This document shows, one piece after another, positions 20,668-30,971 of a stretch of DNA of 64,000 nucleotides (the stretch's first letter is position 1; every line of letters begins with the position of its first letter). Below the pieces are notes generated by a model. That model was given only the letters and a program-made list of their open reading frames with translations, was not told the origin of the DNA and did not search any database. The DNA is from a virus, in IMG/VR virus record IMGVR_UViG_3300023174_000063; one strand, written 5' to 3'. The position numbers were made by a program, and so were the translations under genes.

Positions 20668-21519
20668 GTGTCTGAATCTAGAGAAAATCGTAACGAAATA
20701 TTTGGTGGCAACCCGGCACAGAATGCAGGAATTCCTACACGCAATGTCATGAGAGATGATTTTGGCGTCGAGATCCCTGTCGAGACAGTGCCGCTACCCT
20801 CATCAGGACTTATTTATCCGCCTGGATCACCGCTAGCTGAGAGTGAAACTGTCGAGATTCGAGCGATGACTGCCCGCGAAGAAGACATCTTGACATCTAG
20901 GGCCCTCATTAAAAAGGGCACTGTCATTACTGAGCTTCTTAAGTCATGCCTTATCGACAAGAATATCGACCCGGACGCACTTCTGTCGGGAGATAGAAAT
21001 GCAATCATGACTGCAGTTAGAATCACAGGTTACGGCGCTGATTATACAGTTGATATCGACTGTCCTTCTTGTGGAGAAAAGTCTAAGCAGAATTTTAGAT
21101 TGACAGATCTGCCTATTAAGCGCTTGGAGATTAATCCAGTTGAGATCGGCAAGAATCTTTTTGAGTTCAAACTACCAGTTTCAGGCAAAAATATTCAGTT
21201 TAGATTCTTGACAGGCAAGGATGAGCAAGAGATTTCCGTTATTTCAGAGAGAAAAAAGAAGCAGGGCCAGCAGTCTGACAATCTGATAACACAGAAGCTC
21301 ATGTACTCCATAGTCTCTATTGACGGTACGACAGACAAGGTCAAGGTCCAGGCGTTTATTAGAAATATGCCTGCCCGAGATTCGCTAGCACTTCGTAAGT
21401 TTATGGATGCAAATGAGCCGGGTATTGACATGAAGTCTTGGATGGAGTGTCCTAGCTGCGATGAAAGCTCGGAGGTGAGATTGCCTCTTGGCGTCAGCTT
21501 TTTTTGGCCTGAGTCCTGA
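20668..21519 (+). CDS. Baseplate hub/tail assembly chaperone (T4 gp26-like)
   Basis: VPLPSSGLIY, MTAREEDIL, GDRNAIM.AVRITGYG..Y, two CxxC motifs, ends FFWP; GTG start after GGAGG. Confidence 0.75.
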   Translation: MSESRENRNEIFGGNPAQNAGIPTRNVMRDDFGVEIPVETVPLPSSGLIYPPGSPLAESETVEIRAMTAREEDILTSRALIKKGTVITELLKSCLIDKNIDPDALLSGDRNAIMTAVRITGYGADYTVDIDCPSCGEKSKQNFRLTDLPIKRLEINPVEIGKNLFEFKLPVSGKNIQFRFLTGKDEQEISVISERKKKQGQQSDNLITQKLMYSIVSIDGTTDKVKVQAFIRNMPARDSLALRKFMDANEPGIDMKSWMECPSCDESSEVRLPLGVSFFWPES

Positions 21520-21769
21520 TAATACTCAGGAGTACAAAGAGGTCTTTTTAGAACACGTTTTTCTTCTAATGTATTATATGGGCTTTAGTTATATTGAAGC
21601 TTTCAATATACCGATTTGGCAAAGAATATGGTTCATTCAAAGAATTAATGACGAATTCAAAAAAAGTCAAAATGCTTCTAAGGCTGCACACCAGAACACA
21701 CCTGATGAACGCTCGATGAAAAATCTTTCTAGATCGCATGTTCCTGCTAAGCTAAGAAGATTTACATAA
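21499..21769 (+). CDS. Probable frameshift extension of the tail chaperone (G/GT-like second ORF)
   Basis: Overlaps the upstream gene at a T7 run; no convincing RBS/start; FSYIEAFNIPIWQRIWF motif; lies upstream of the tape measure. Confidence 0.6.
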
Positions 21770-21807
21770 TTTTTTTCCGTAATACTTAGCATTGTCAAGG
21801 AGGAATT

Positions 21808-22059
21808 ATGAAAAATCCAGAGAAAGCTTTCCAGGCAATGGCTGCAAATTATATTTTGGGTGAATGTAATACAATTGATATTTCTGGACCTAAAGAAAAA
21901 GTCGAGTGCATTTTAGAAGTTTTAAGATCATCTAGACTTCTTTTTCTGGAATTGGAAAACAAAAATTCAACGCTAAAAGAGATTTTATCACTAACAGCGA
22001 AGAAAAATCTGGCTGCACAAAAATATAAAAATATTACTGGAAAAGTCTGGTATTTTTGA
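21808..22059 (+). CDS. Hypothetical protein
   Basis: RBS AAGGAGG; ATACTTAG at 21782. Confidence 0.65.
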   Translation: MKNPEKAFQAMAANYILGECNTIDISGPKEKVECILEVLRSSRLLFLELENKNSTLKEILSLTAKKNLAAQKYKNITGKVWYF

Positions 22060-22097
22060 CACTTATCTAATTAATTCTAGAAGGATACAGTGCTTAA

Positions 22098-25000
22098 ATG
22101 GCAGATACACCTGATGTAGGCGTTGGAAATCTAGACTTGCAGCGACAGCTCAATAGTCTAATTACAGAGCGCAATAAAATATTAGCACAGCACAATTCTA
22201 CAATTGAGGCTCACAATAATCTTATTGCAGAAATGTCTCTGAAGTTATCCAACATGCAGCTAGCAACAGCTGGTGCTGCTAGATCTAATGCTGAAATGAA
22301 TAGTGCATTAGAGGAGTCTTCTCGACTTGCACGTGCTACCAGTGAAGACATTGATGATCTAAACAAGAAGCTTAAAGAGACAGACAAGAAATCTTTTAAC
22401 GTCACCGGCATTCTCAAAAAAATGGGTGGAGCTTTACTGTCTGTTGGTAAAGTCGCAGGTAGCATCATTGGTGTGTTAATCGATGCAGGAGCTGCAATTT
22501 TTAATATAGCAAAAGCAGTCATTGCATGGCCATTTGCCCTTTTAGGCGCCCTGATTGAACAAGCTAACAGTCTACCTTCAGGACCCAATCCAATTAAAGT
22601 GGCTTTAGAAGATATTAGAAAAGCCTTTGGTGATCTTAACGCTAACGAAGGCAAAGCAGTTGCCGGCTCTCTAGGTGAAATTAGGCGAGAATTAAGCGAT
22701 TTTGCCGGAACTGGCTTGAGAGTTGCTAGAATTTATGGCTACGGATCTGAAGGTATTGCTGCAGCAATGAAAGATTTTCAGGCAATTGCTGAGGCTCTCG
22801 GGCCTAGTCTTAATAGATTGCAGCAAGATGTGAGAGGCAACATACCAGAGCTGCTAGCACTCACAAAAGGATTTACTACTAGCGCAGAAGCAACTGCTGC
22901 TATGCTTAAGCATGCCAAATCGCTAGGTAAAGACGGTACACAAGAAATTATACGCATGACCGGCATGGCCCAAAGAATGGGCAAGCAGTACGGAATTAAT
23001 GCTAAAATTATTGGCAAAGCAGTCGGAGAAATGTCCAAAGACGTCTCTAACTTTGGATCATTGTCGTCCAAGCAATTAATGTCATCAGCTGTTTATGCGT
23101 CAAAATTAGGAATTGAAATCAAAGAGCTCGCAGATGTAATGAATAAATTCCTTAATTTTGAAGATGCTGCCAAGGGTGCTGCAGAAATGGCACAAGCATT
23201 CGGCATGAACGTCGATGTCATGGAGCTCATGAAAGGCGGCCCTGAAGCAATCGACGAAATGAGAAAAGCATTTTTTGCTTCAGGCAGGTCGATCGAGAAC
23301 ATGTCAAATGCCGAACGAAAACTGCTTGAAATGCAAACGGGTCTGACCGGCGCGTCTCTAGAGGCAGCACTTGCTGCAGAAAATCAAGGCCTCTCATATG
23401 ATCAAATAGCGTCTTCAGCAGAGGATGCTGAGAGTGTTCAAGAGCAGCAAATTAAGGTAATGAGAGAGCTCGGCAAGAGTATTGAGAGAGTTTTTGGCAG
23501 CGGCGGAGATACATTTAAAGATTTTACTGAGTCGATTACGAAGGGATTTAATGACGGTCTTAATAGAGCCGGCCCCTTCTTGCAAGTACTTCAATTTATT
23601 AGAACAGACCTTAGAAAGGCTAATTGGTTTGGTCGTGAACTCGGAAAGACTTTCGGTACGCTTTTCCCTGGATTTGTTAAATTTTCTAACGGGCTAGCAG
23701 CTGTCTTTAATCCTGTAAATTTTAAGCAATTATTTCATGATTTTAGTGGCAACTTCAGACAGTTTATGAACGATCTTTCTGATCCCAAGAAGAATGCAGT
23801 CAAAGTTTTTCTAGAAAACATTAAGAAGACATTTAGCAGTTTCTTTAGCAGAAGTGGACCCGGCGGGGAAAAGATTTTTGACGGCTTCAAGACAATGGTA
23901 TCGACGGTCTGGAGAATTTTCAAGGAGCTTGTAACGGTAGGAGCAGAAGAATTAACCGCTTTAATTAAAGATTTTCTTAAGGGTGATTTTATTAAGTCAT
24001 TGACGTCAGGCGTTGATAGTGCATCATCTGAGGTTGGAAAAGCTTTGGGTGGTCTATGGGATGCGATTGTAAAGGCGTGGGATACACTGTGGCCTGTTTT
24101 GCAGCCAAAATTAGAAGAGTTTGGCACTTGGCTTAAAGAGAAATTTTTTGCAATTATTAACTCTTTATTTGGGATCACAAAGGAAGATGTTGAAAGTTCA
24201 GCCGGCTCTCTTATGTCTGCATTTAGCTCGGCTGCACCTTTTCTTGTGGGAGGAATGATTGCACCAATTGCTGCAATGTTGGCGCCAGCACTTGGTGGTG
24301 TCATTAAAGGAGCTTTTACGGCGACAACAGAGCTAATAACTAGATTTGCACTGACTAGTCTGGTTCCTGCGCTCGGTGGACTGCCTGGTGCAGCACCTCC
24401 TATTCCTGGCGCGCCTATGTCTGGTGCGGCATTTGGCAGCTTTTTGGCAAAAGGTTTAGCTATCTTGGTAATCGGCGCTGTCTTAATACCTCTGGCAGCG
24501 TCTTATCTTAAAAAAATAACGCCCAGTCTTATGGAAATTAATCCTGAGGTGCTTCCAAAGCTAGGCATTGCAATGTTAGCCTTAGGCGGCTTATTTCTTG
24601 CCGGCGCCGGCATGTTAGGAATGATAAAGCTAGCTTCTTACTTAGACGTCAAGGCAGGGGCCATGCTAGCAGGCATAGGCATAATAGCTGCAGCAGTTGG
24701 CGCAATGGCACTTACAGCAAAAGCAGTTAACTGGCTGCTAGAAGACATCGATGCTAATAAGCTCAAGACACAAGCTGAAGCACTCGACAAACTAACGTGG
24801 ATGGGCACGAAAATGTCAGCTGCAGCGCTGGTTATTGGAGCAATTGTTGTTCAGACCTACGGCCTCGGCGCACTTGTTATTGGTGCAGGCGTAGCAATGA
24901 TAGCTTCAGTCATTACTGGAACAGTTACAGCATTAATGCCGGCAATTAAAGCGCTCTCAAAAATAAAACTAGAAAACCCAGAACATTTTGAAAAGACAAC

Positions 25001-26627
25001 AACTATAATTACAAAATTGGCAGATACCGGCGCAAATACTGCTATGGCAATTGCAGCAATTATGAAAGCAATTCCTACCGGAAGCTATTTTAGTTTTGCT
25101 GATACAAGGCTAGGCCGTCTAAAAGAAGGAATGAAATTAGTTACATCACTTTCTGATTCGCTCAGTGATCCTATAAAGAAGATGCAGCCAATAATTGCCG
25201 ACGTCAGGACGATGATGACAACAACAGACCCTGCAGCATTTGAAGCGGGCACAAAGTTTTTAGCCGCTCTTTTGCCTCCAATTCTTGATTTTATGATGAT
25301 GGGACCCAAGCTTTTTTCTTCAATACAGAAATCAGTTACCAATAGTGAAGGTGAAATTAATACAATAAAATTTGAAAGATTAGCCATAATAACGGGTCAG
25401 ATAATGAGCTCAGTATCAAAGCCCGAAATGCTGACTAGTTTTAGTGAAGCCGTAAAAGGAATTACCAAGCTTGTCAATGACAAGTCATTCTCTGAAGACG
25501 TTATGAAGCCTGGATTCGATAAAAAAATGACAAAAGTTGTAAAGATTTTCGAAGTCATTAAATCTTTTAGCTCAATAACAGCTGATCTCATAGGAATTGT
25601 CACTGCTTTGCCTTATCTAGGCAATGGAAAGTCTGATTCTGAAAAAATCACATCAACGGTGACTTTGCTCAATAGCATTATTGGCTCAATTCCAGGGATG
25701 CTGAGCCGGCTCGTGACAGAAAGTGCAAATGTTTTCAATAGCCCTGAATTGAACCAGGCACTAAAAGACTACGACCCTAAAAAAGTTGAAGACAAGGTCG
25801 AAATGATCAAGTCGCTGTTTGAAATTCTAGGAGGGTTTACGTCAACAGTTGCAGGAATTTCCGAAGAAGTTATTGAAAAATCTAATGACGCAACCACACG
25901 TACTGGAGGCCTGACACTGGCGCCTGATAAAGTAGTCATGGGTACTAAATTTGGCCAAACAATGGAAGTCATCAGCAAAATAATTTCAGATGGCAAACTA
26001 AGAGATTTTGTAGGACAAATGTCGACCATTTTTGGCAATCTTTTTAAAGAAGTTGGACAAGACGGTTTGGCAAATGTTGGTAAATTTCAAGATTTTATTA
26101 GAGAAAGTATTTCAGCGCTTAAAGAATTTACTAACTTTCCTTCGGGCATAAGTAGTGGAATTAGAGATGCGTATGATGCGATTGTTCAGGGCGCTCCAGC
26201 TACATCTAGCGGTCTCATGCAAGGCACTTGGCTGCAAGCTATCGTACAAGCGCTAAGTTATACAGGCAACGCAGAAACTTTAAAAAATGCCGAGTCAAAT
26301 TCAGATACGTGGATTAAAATTGCCAACAATACCGCTAGCTTTCTAAAAATTCTTTCAGAATCTGCACAATTTGTTGATGCTGTTGCCTCAACATACATAG
26401 GCGCAGTTACTAAGATCCAAGAAATTGGCGATGCTTTTGCAACAACGAAGACTTTCGAACTGGCCATGGATCTTAGAGATCTTTTGCAGTCAAATAAAAA
26501 AGTCGTAGTAGATACAACTGGCGCAGAGTATCATATATCTTTAGTCGTTAATATCGATGCTGAAAAGTTAGCAGAAAATTTGGCAAAGACAAAAATATTC
26601 GGTGAAAAACTTGGAACAGGATCCTAA
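22098..26627 (+). CDS. Tape measure protein
   Basis: 1509 aa, helical, A/G/L-rich, N-terminal coiled coil, central hydrophobic helices; follows tube and chaperones. Confidence 0.85.
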   Translation: MADTPDVGVGNLDLQRQLNSLITERNKILAQHNSTIEAHNNLIAEMSLKLSNMQLATAGAARSNAEMNSALEESSRLARATSEDIDDLNKKLKETDKKSFNVTGILKKMGGALLSVGKVAGSIIGVLIDAGAAIFNIAKAVIAWPFALLGALIEQANSLPSGPNPIKVALEDIRKAFGDLNANEGKAVAGSLGEIRRELSDFAGTGLRVARIYGYGSEGIAAAMKDFQAIAEALGPSLNRLQQDVRGNIPELLALTKGFTTSAEATAAMLKHAKSLGKDGTQEIIRMTGMAQRMGKQYGINAKIIGKAVGEMSKDVSNFGSLSSKQLMSSAVYASKLGIEIKELADVMNKFLNFEDAAKGAAEMAQAFGMNVDVMELMKGGPEAIDEMRKAFFASGRSIENMSNAERKLLEMQTGLTGASLEAALAAENQGLSYDQIASSAEDAESVQEQQIKVMRELGKSIERVFGSGGDTFKDFTESITKGFNDGLNRAGPFLQVLQFIRTDLRKANWFGRELGKTFGTLFPGFVKFSNGLAAVFNPVNFKQLFHDFSGNFRQFMNDLSDPKKNAVKVFLENIKKTFSSFFSRSGPGGEKIFDGFKTMVSTVWRIFKELVTVGAEELTALIKDFLKGDFIKSLTSGVDSASSEVGKALGGLWDAIVKAWDTLWPVLQPKLEEFGTWLKEKFFAIINSLFGITKEDVESSAGSLMSAFSSAAPFLVGGMIAPIAAMLAPALGGVIKGAFTATTELITRFALTSLVPALGGLPGAAPPIPGAPMSGAAFGSFLAKGLAILVIGAVLIPLAASYLKKITPSLMEINPEVLPKLGIAMLALGGLFLAGAGMLGMIKLASYLDVKAGAMLAGIGIIAAAVGAMALTAKAVNWLLEDIDANKLKTQAEALDKLTWMGTKMSAAALVIGAIVVQTYGLGALVIGAGVAMIASVITGTVTALMPAIKALSKIKLENPEHFEKTTTIITKLADTGANTAMAIAAIMKAIPTGSYFSFADTRLGRLKEGMKLVTSLSDSLSDPIKKMQPIIADVRTMMTTTDPAAFEAGTKFLAALLPPILDFMMMGPKLFSSIQKSVTNSEGEINTIKFERLAIITGQIMSSVSKPEMLTSFSEAVKGITKLVNDKSFSEDVMKPGFDKKMTKVVKIFEVIKSFSSITADLIGIVTALPYLGNGKSDSEKITSTVTLLNSIIGSIPGMLSRLVTESANVFNSPELNQALKDYDPKKVEDKVEMIKSLFEILGGFTSTVAGISEEVIEKSNDATTRTGGLTLAPDKVVMGTKFGQTMEVISKIISDGKLRDFVGQMSTIFGNLFKEVGQDGLANVGKFQDFIRESISALKEFTNFPSGISSGIRDAYDAIVQGAPATSSGLMQGTWLQAIVQALSYTGNAETLKNAESNSDTWIKIANNTASFLKILSESAQFVDAVASTYIGAVTKIQEIGDAFATTKTFELAMDLRDLLQSNKKVVVDTTGAEYHISLVVNIDAEKLAENLAKTKIFGEKLGTGS

Positions 26628-26660
26628 GGCATAGTATTTGATTAATTTCGGAGCACACAT

Positions 26661-26864
26661 ATGAATAATTTTGAAGATTTTGACATGCTGTTTGAGGCTC
26701 TGACACAGGACTGGGAGACTGATGTCAAGGATAAATGCAAAGCTGAGTATGAAGAAATTAAAAAAGAAAGTCTTAATTTTATTGAATATTTTAATAAAAT
26801 CTTAAGTGACAAGTCTCTTGCAGAGCAAATTGAGAATGAATTAGACAAGAGGTTAAGATCTTGA
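26661..26864 (+). CDS. Small acidic hypothetical protein
   Basis: ORF between tape measure and baseplate gene; overlaps the next start (TTGA). Confidence 0.5.
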   Translation: MNNFEDFDMLFEALTQDWETDVKDKCKAEYEEIKKESLNFIEYFNKILSDKSLAEQIENELDKRLRS

Positions 26865-29800
26865 CAAAAAAAACACATGATACTAAGGCGACGCTCTCTA
26901 ATAATTTAGAGCCGGAGCAGATTTATCAGACAGGCTACTATAGTCAGTCGAATAGAAGAGGATCGTCTGAAGAACCTCCGGCGCCCGTAAGACCTGACAA
27001 TAACGAAGACATTAGCAGAGACGCTTTAGAGACAACTGCTGATTACACGAGTCGCTTAACGACTGGCGAAATCGGCGATCAGCAGCAGCGTCGTCTTAGA
27101 AAAGGAAATGTGTTTGCTGTCGATAGTGATTTAAATTATTTGCACTCTAGACAGGGTTTGACTAGCGGCGAATCCAATGATAATGCGAACACTGAGATTA
27201 TTAGAGACGGTAGAACTCTTGGAACATTTTTAGATGCTTCACGTCAAGCTAATAGTGAACAGGCCAATAGATTTGACACTACAAGCTTATCGAGCTATGG
27301 AAGGCCAGAGTCAACAGATAACCCATTTTTTAAAGAACGTCCTGTTATAGATAAAACTAAATCAAAGGATGGTCACGTTCTACTGACCAATATTAAAGAA
27401 GAAAAGAAAAATTCTAGAACAGGTGCACCAGCAGTCTATACAGATGGCGACAATAGATCGCTCCCAGAAACTCAAAAAAGAATTTCATCTGTGTTAGAAA
27501 ACAATAGATTTAACCCTTCAGATAAAACTCCTTTTATGAGAGATAATTCTAGAATTGTCGACGATCAAGGGCGCAAGAGATTCGGCACAACAAAACAGGG
27601 AGAAATGGGTGTTTATAATAAAAATTCTGATTTTGTCTTAGAGGAGGAACTCAAAAAAGTCGGAACTCAGCTTGTTAACGTTGCATCAGGTCAGGCCGAT
27701 CTAAATGATGGTAAAACTACTCGTGATGGTAATGTTAATATTGCAGAAATTTTTAGTGCACAGAGACTTACGGGCTGGCAGTCAATTGATGCCTCGGACA
27801 TGCGTGCCTTTAGTACACCCGCAGGTGGCGAGATAGTCGCTCCTACGTCGGGCGAAAAAAGCAGTCTTTTACAAGAAGAGGGTTCTGAGGGAAATCCGGA
27901 TGCTAAAAAGTCTTATGGTGTCCTCAACAATTCATACGAGCAATTCTCTAGCCCAGCTCCCGTTTCAATGATTGTGAATACGCTAGTTGGAATGTTGACG
28001 CTTTTTGCAACTGCCGTGCTAATTAGAACCCTAATGTCAGCTTTTGCCAGATCAGAAAATGAGGGAATTATTCCTGGAGCTGAACATCCAAAGAATATGG
28101 TTCCAGGTAGGCACAGCCTCTATAAAAACTTATTGAGTTCAAAAATGCGCAAGCTCTTTAACGTTCCAGACCTGGAACATGATTTTGATTCTTGCGTGGT
28201 TGCCGGCATTCTCTCGTTCTACGGGCTCGAGGGATTTGCACAATTTTTGCCCGATTCACTAATTAAAAAGCCCAGCATTAAGGATATTGCAGAAGCGGCA
28301 AAAAATCCTGGAGCGATTACGGGATTAAATGTCTTGGATAAATTTAGTTCATTAGCAAATTCTGCCGGCTATTATTCAATTATCACTAGAGCGGCGTCTC
28401 GAGATTCTAGACAAATTTTAGACGCATTTAAAGCCTCTTCGGGCAGCTCAATTATCGGTGCTGTTTCTACACCACTTAGAATTTTTGATGCAATTTTAGA
28501 GTCTACAACATATAAGTTTTTAATGACAATTGCCGTAGTCGGCGACAAACTATTTTCAAGCATGCAGGGTCACCCCACTATTGGTGGTAATGTTGGACCA
28601 AGAGCAGATTCACCTCTAGCAAGAGTGTCATCAAATAGAAATTTATCTGGAGAGTTGACATGGAGAAATTCTTCTGTTAATTCAATGTATCTCTTGCCCG
28701 AAGTTTTCACACAGGCAAATCTTAAAGTAAGGAAGAACAGTGAAATTATTGCTGATAAAATTTTTAAGTCAGCCGGCGCAGTCGATCAGGCCTTAGAATT
28801 CGACATAAACGAGACGAAAGGATCCAATACCAAGAATACAGGACGCTTCAGCAAAGACGTTGTAGAGGCAATTGAAAATAGGCTTGATGCCGAATATGTC
28901 CCCTTTTATTTTCATGATATCAGAACTAATGAAATTATCGCTTTTCATGCATTTTTAACAACGTTGGATGATTCGTACTCGGCAGATTATGCGTCAACCC
29001 CTGCATATGGTCGAGGAGATGAAATAAAGACCTACAGCAAGACAACTAGAGCAATATCGTTAAAATTTTATATTGCTGCAACCAATCCAGACGACATGAA
29101 TGAGATGTATTGGAAGCTTAATAAATTGGTTTCGTTGGTATACCCGCAGTGGTCTAGAGGTAGATCTGTTGTCAACGGAGAAGGAATTAATGCCGAAAAA
29201 TTTATTCAACCATTCTCTCAAATTCCTACGGCGTCACCTCTTGTGCGAATTAGGCTGGGAGATGTTTTGACTTCTAACTATTCTAGATTCGGTCTCATGA
29301 GACTCTTTGGTTTGGGTGATAACAAAAATGTTTTTACACTAGATTTAGATGAGTCTAAGAGCTCCATCGTAGAGGATCCACGCAAAGAGCAATATGAAAA
29401 AGACCTCAAAGAAGCAGAAAGAAAGCAATATTTGGCGCTGGCGCTGAGAGAAGTTAATCCAGGTGCTGACGATGCCTCTCAGCGCACCACATTCACCAAT
29501 GCTTATGCTTTATATGGCGCTGAAGATGCACAGGGTGCTGTAAATTCTGTCGACTTTGGAGACAACTCAATTTTTGGATATCAGCCAGGCGATAAAATTT
29601 TAATACATCCTACACACGGAGATGGCGCGAAAGGTTATTGGCCTAGAAATGCTGAAGGAAAGTTGGCAAAACAGATCAGCGGATACAAAACTACTAACAG
29701 CGTTACAACCCAGACTATCGAATTTGCCACAGGAAGATCAGGAACACGAGGGCGAAATATTTATAAAACTGAAACAAAGGCTGTAGCAACTCCTGCAAAT

Positions 29801-30676
29801 AAGCTAATTGCGTATTCCACTTCTGATGTTAGAGTAGAGGTGATTAAAAGAATACCTGACGGTGTTTCTCCTCTTGTGCAAAATGAAAAAAACTTTTCAA
29901 AGCATGTAGATAAAGTAGATGGCAATCCTGCTATCGCTTGGTTTGATGAAGCAACTGCCGATTTTATGTCACAGCATAACGGTGACCCAAATCACTTTGG
30001 CACAATGGCATATCTCGTCAAGGTGCACCCTGGATCAGACGCGGATATTCAATGTGACAAGAGAAAGATTCCAACTGACATGAGATACCATCGAGTCTTG
30101 CATGATCAAATTTGTGGCATGTGGGATACTACGAATCTTGTGGGGTGGCCAGAGCCTATAGAGCCCGACCAAACAATTTGGTCAAATAGAGAGCACAGTT
30201 ATGATAAATTGCAGCAATTTTTTGACCCTAAAAACAACTTTATTGTAAGATCATTTGAAAGCACTGCAGGACGTGGCCTTGCCGGCTTTATTACTACACT
30301 TGGCATTGATTGGAAATTGAACGAAGCGACTTGGGATATTGATTTTGGAATGATTGCACCAAAATATGTCGAAGTAAATATTGGTTTCTCGCCAATTCAC
30401 GACATTCCTCTGGGTTTGGATCACTCTGGCATGATGAGATCTTTACCGTATAAAGTGGGTGGTACATCAAGACTCGTTGGCGGAGATCCACATAATTCTT
30501 CTGCAGAAGAAAGACGTGCGTCTTTCGAGGCTCTAGAGGACATAGTGAGCGATCAGGAAAAAAAGTTTGTCGAGAACGTGGAAAAGGCGAAGAAAGATGT
30601 GGATAAAATTGAAAAAACTGTTAATACTGCCAAAAATTCTGCAGTTGACATAAAGAAATTTGGAGGAATTCTATGA
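26861..30676 (+). CDS. Large baseplate/tube-initiator-like protein (gp48/gp54-like domain)
   Basis: VPFYFHDIRT..IIAFHAFL..L.DSY...Y....YGR.D.IKTY..TTR.ISLKF, PLVRIRLGD, GFITTL...W, PKYVEVNIGFSPIH. Confidence 0.65.
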   Translation: MTKKTHDTKATLSNNLEPEQIYQTGYYSQSNRRGSSEEPPAPVRPDNNEDISRDALETTADYTSRLTTGEIGDQQQRRLRKGNVFAVDSDLNYLHSRQGLTSGESNDNANTEIIRDGRTLGTFLDASRQANSEQANRFDTTSLSSYGRPESTDNPFFKERPVIDKTKSKDGHVLLTNIKEEKKNSRTGAPAVYTDGDNRSLPETQKRISSVLENNRFNPSDKTPFMRDNSRIVDDQGRKRFGTTKQGEMGVYNKNSDFVLEEELKKVGTQLVNVASGQADLNDGKTTRDGNVNIAEIFSAQRLTGWQSIDASDMRAFSTPAGGEIVAPTSGEKSSLLQEEGSEGNPDAKKSYGVLNNSYEQFSSPAPVSMIVNTLVGMLTLFATAVLIRTLMSAFARSENEGIIPGAEHPKNMVPGRHSLYKNLLSSKMRKLFNVPDLEHDFDSCVVAGILSFYGLEGFAQFLPDSLIKKPSIKDIAEAAKNPGAITGLNVLDKFSSLANSAGYYSIITRAASRDSRQILDAFKASSGSSIIGAVSTPLRIFDAILESTTYKFLMTIAVVGDKLFSSMQGHPTIGGNVGPRADSPLARVSSNRNLSGELTWRNSSVNSMYLLPEVFTQANLKVRKNSEIIADKIFKSAGAVDQALEFDINETKGSNTKNTGRFSKDVVEAIENRLDAEYVPFYFHDIRTNEIIAFHAFLTTLDDSYSADYASTPAYGRGDEIKTYSKTTRAISLKFYIAATNPDDMNEMYWKLNKLVSLVYPQWSRGRSVVNGEGINAEKFIQPFSQIPTASPLVRIRLGDVLTSNYSRFGLMRLFGLGDNKNVFTLDLDESKSSIVEDPRKEQYEKDLKEAERKQYLALALREVNPGADDASQRTTFTNAYALYGAEDAQGAVNSVDFGDNSIFGYQPGDKILIHPTHGDGAKGYWPRNAEGKLAKQISGYKTTNSVTTQTIEFATGRSGTRGRNIYKTETKAVATPANKLIAYSTSDVRVEVIKRIPDGVSPLVQNEKNFSKHVDKVDGNPAIAWFDEATADFMSQHNGDPNHFGTMAYLVKVHPGSDADIQCDKRKIPTDMRYHRVLHDQICGMWDTTNLVGWPEPIEPDQTIWSNREHSYDKLQQFFDPKNNFIVRSFESTAGRGLAGFITTLGIDWKLNEATWDIDFGMIAPKYVEVNIGFSPIHDIPLGLDHSGMMRSLPYKVGGTSRLVGGDPHNSSAEERRASFEALEDIVSDQEKKFVENVEKAKKDVDKIEKTVNTAKNSAVDIKKFGGIL

Positions 30677-30969
30677 GTGTTTCTAGATATAGAAGATCTT
30701 CTAGGATTAAAGCGGGAACCCAGCTGAGTACATCTAATATTAGTGCGCTAATTTACTCTAATGTCAGAGAGGGAAATATTACGACATTTAATTACGTCCT
30801 CAAAGAAGGAGAAAGACTCGATCAACTAGCTGGAAGATATTTGGGGAATGGTGATCTTTGGTGGGTTATTGCTGCTGCAAGTGGAATCGGGTGGATGTTG
30901 CAGGCAGCTCCAGGAACTAGAATTAAAATACCCGACAATGTCGGACAAATTATGTCGTATGTGAGTTAA
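30673..30969 (+). CDS. LysM-like baseplate wedge protein (gp53/tail X-like)
   Basis: YVLKEGERLDQLAGRYLGNGDLWWVIAAAS...PGTRIKIP. Confidence 0.8.
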   Translation: MSVSRYRRSSRIKAGTQLSTSNISALIYSNVREGNITTFNYVLKEGERLDQLAGRYLGNGDLWWVIAAASGIGWMLQAAPGTRIKIPDNVGQIMSYVS

Positions 30970-30971
30970 AA

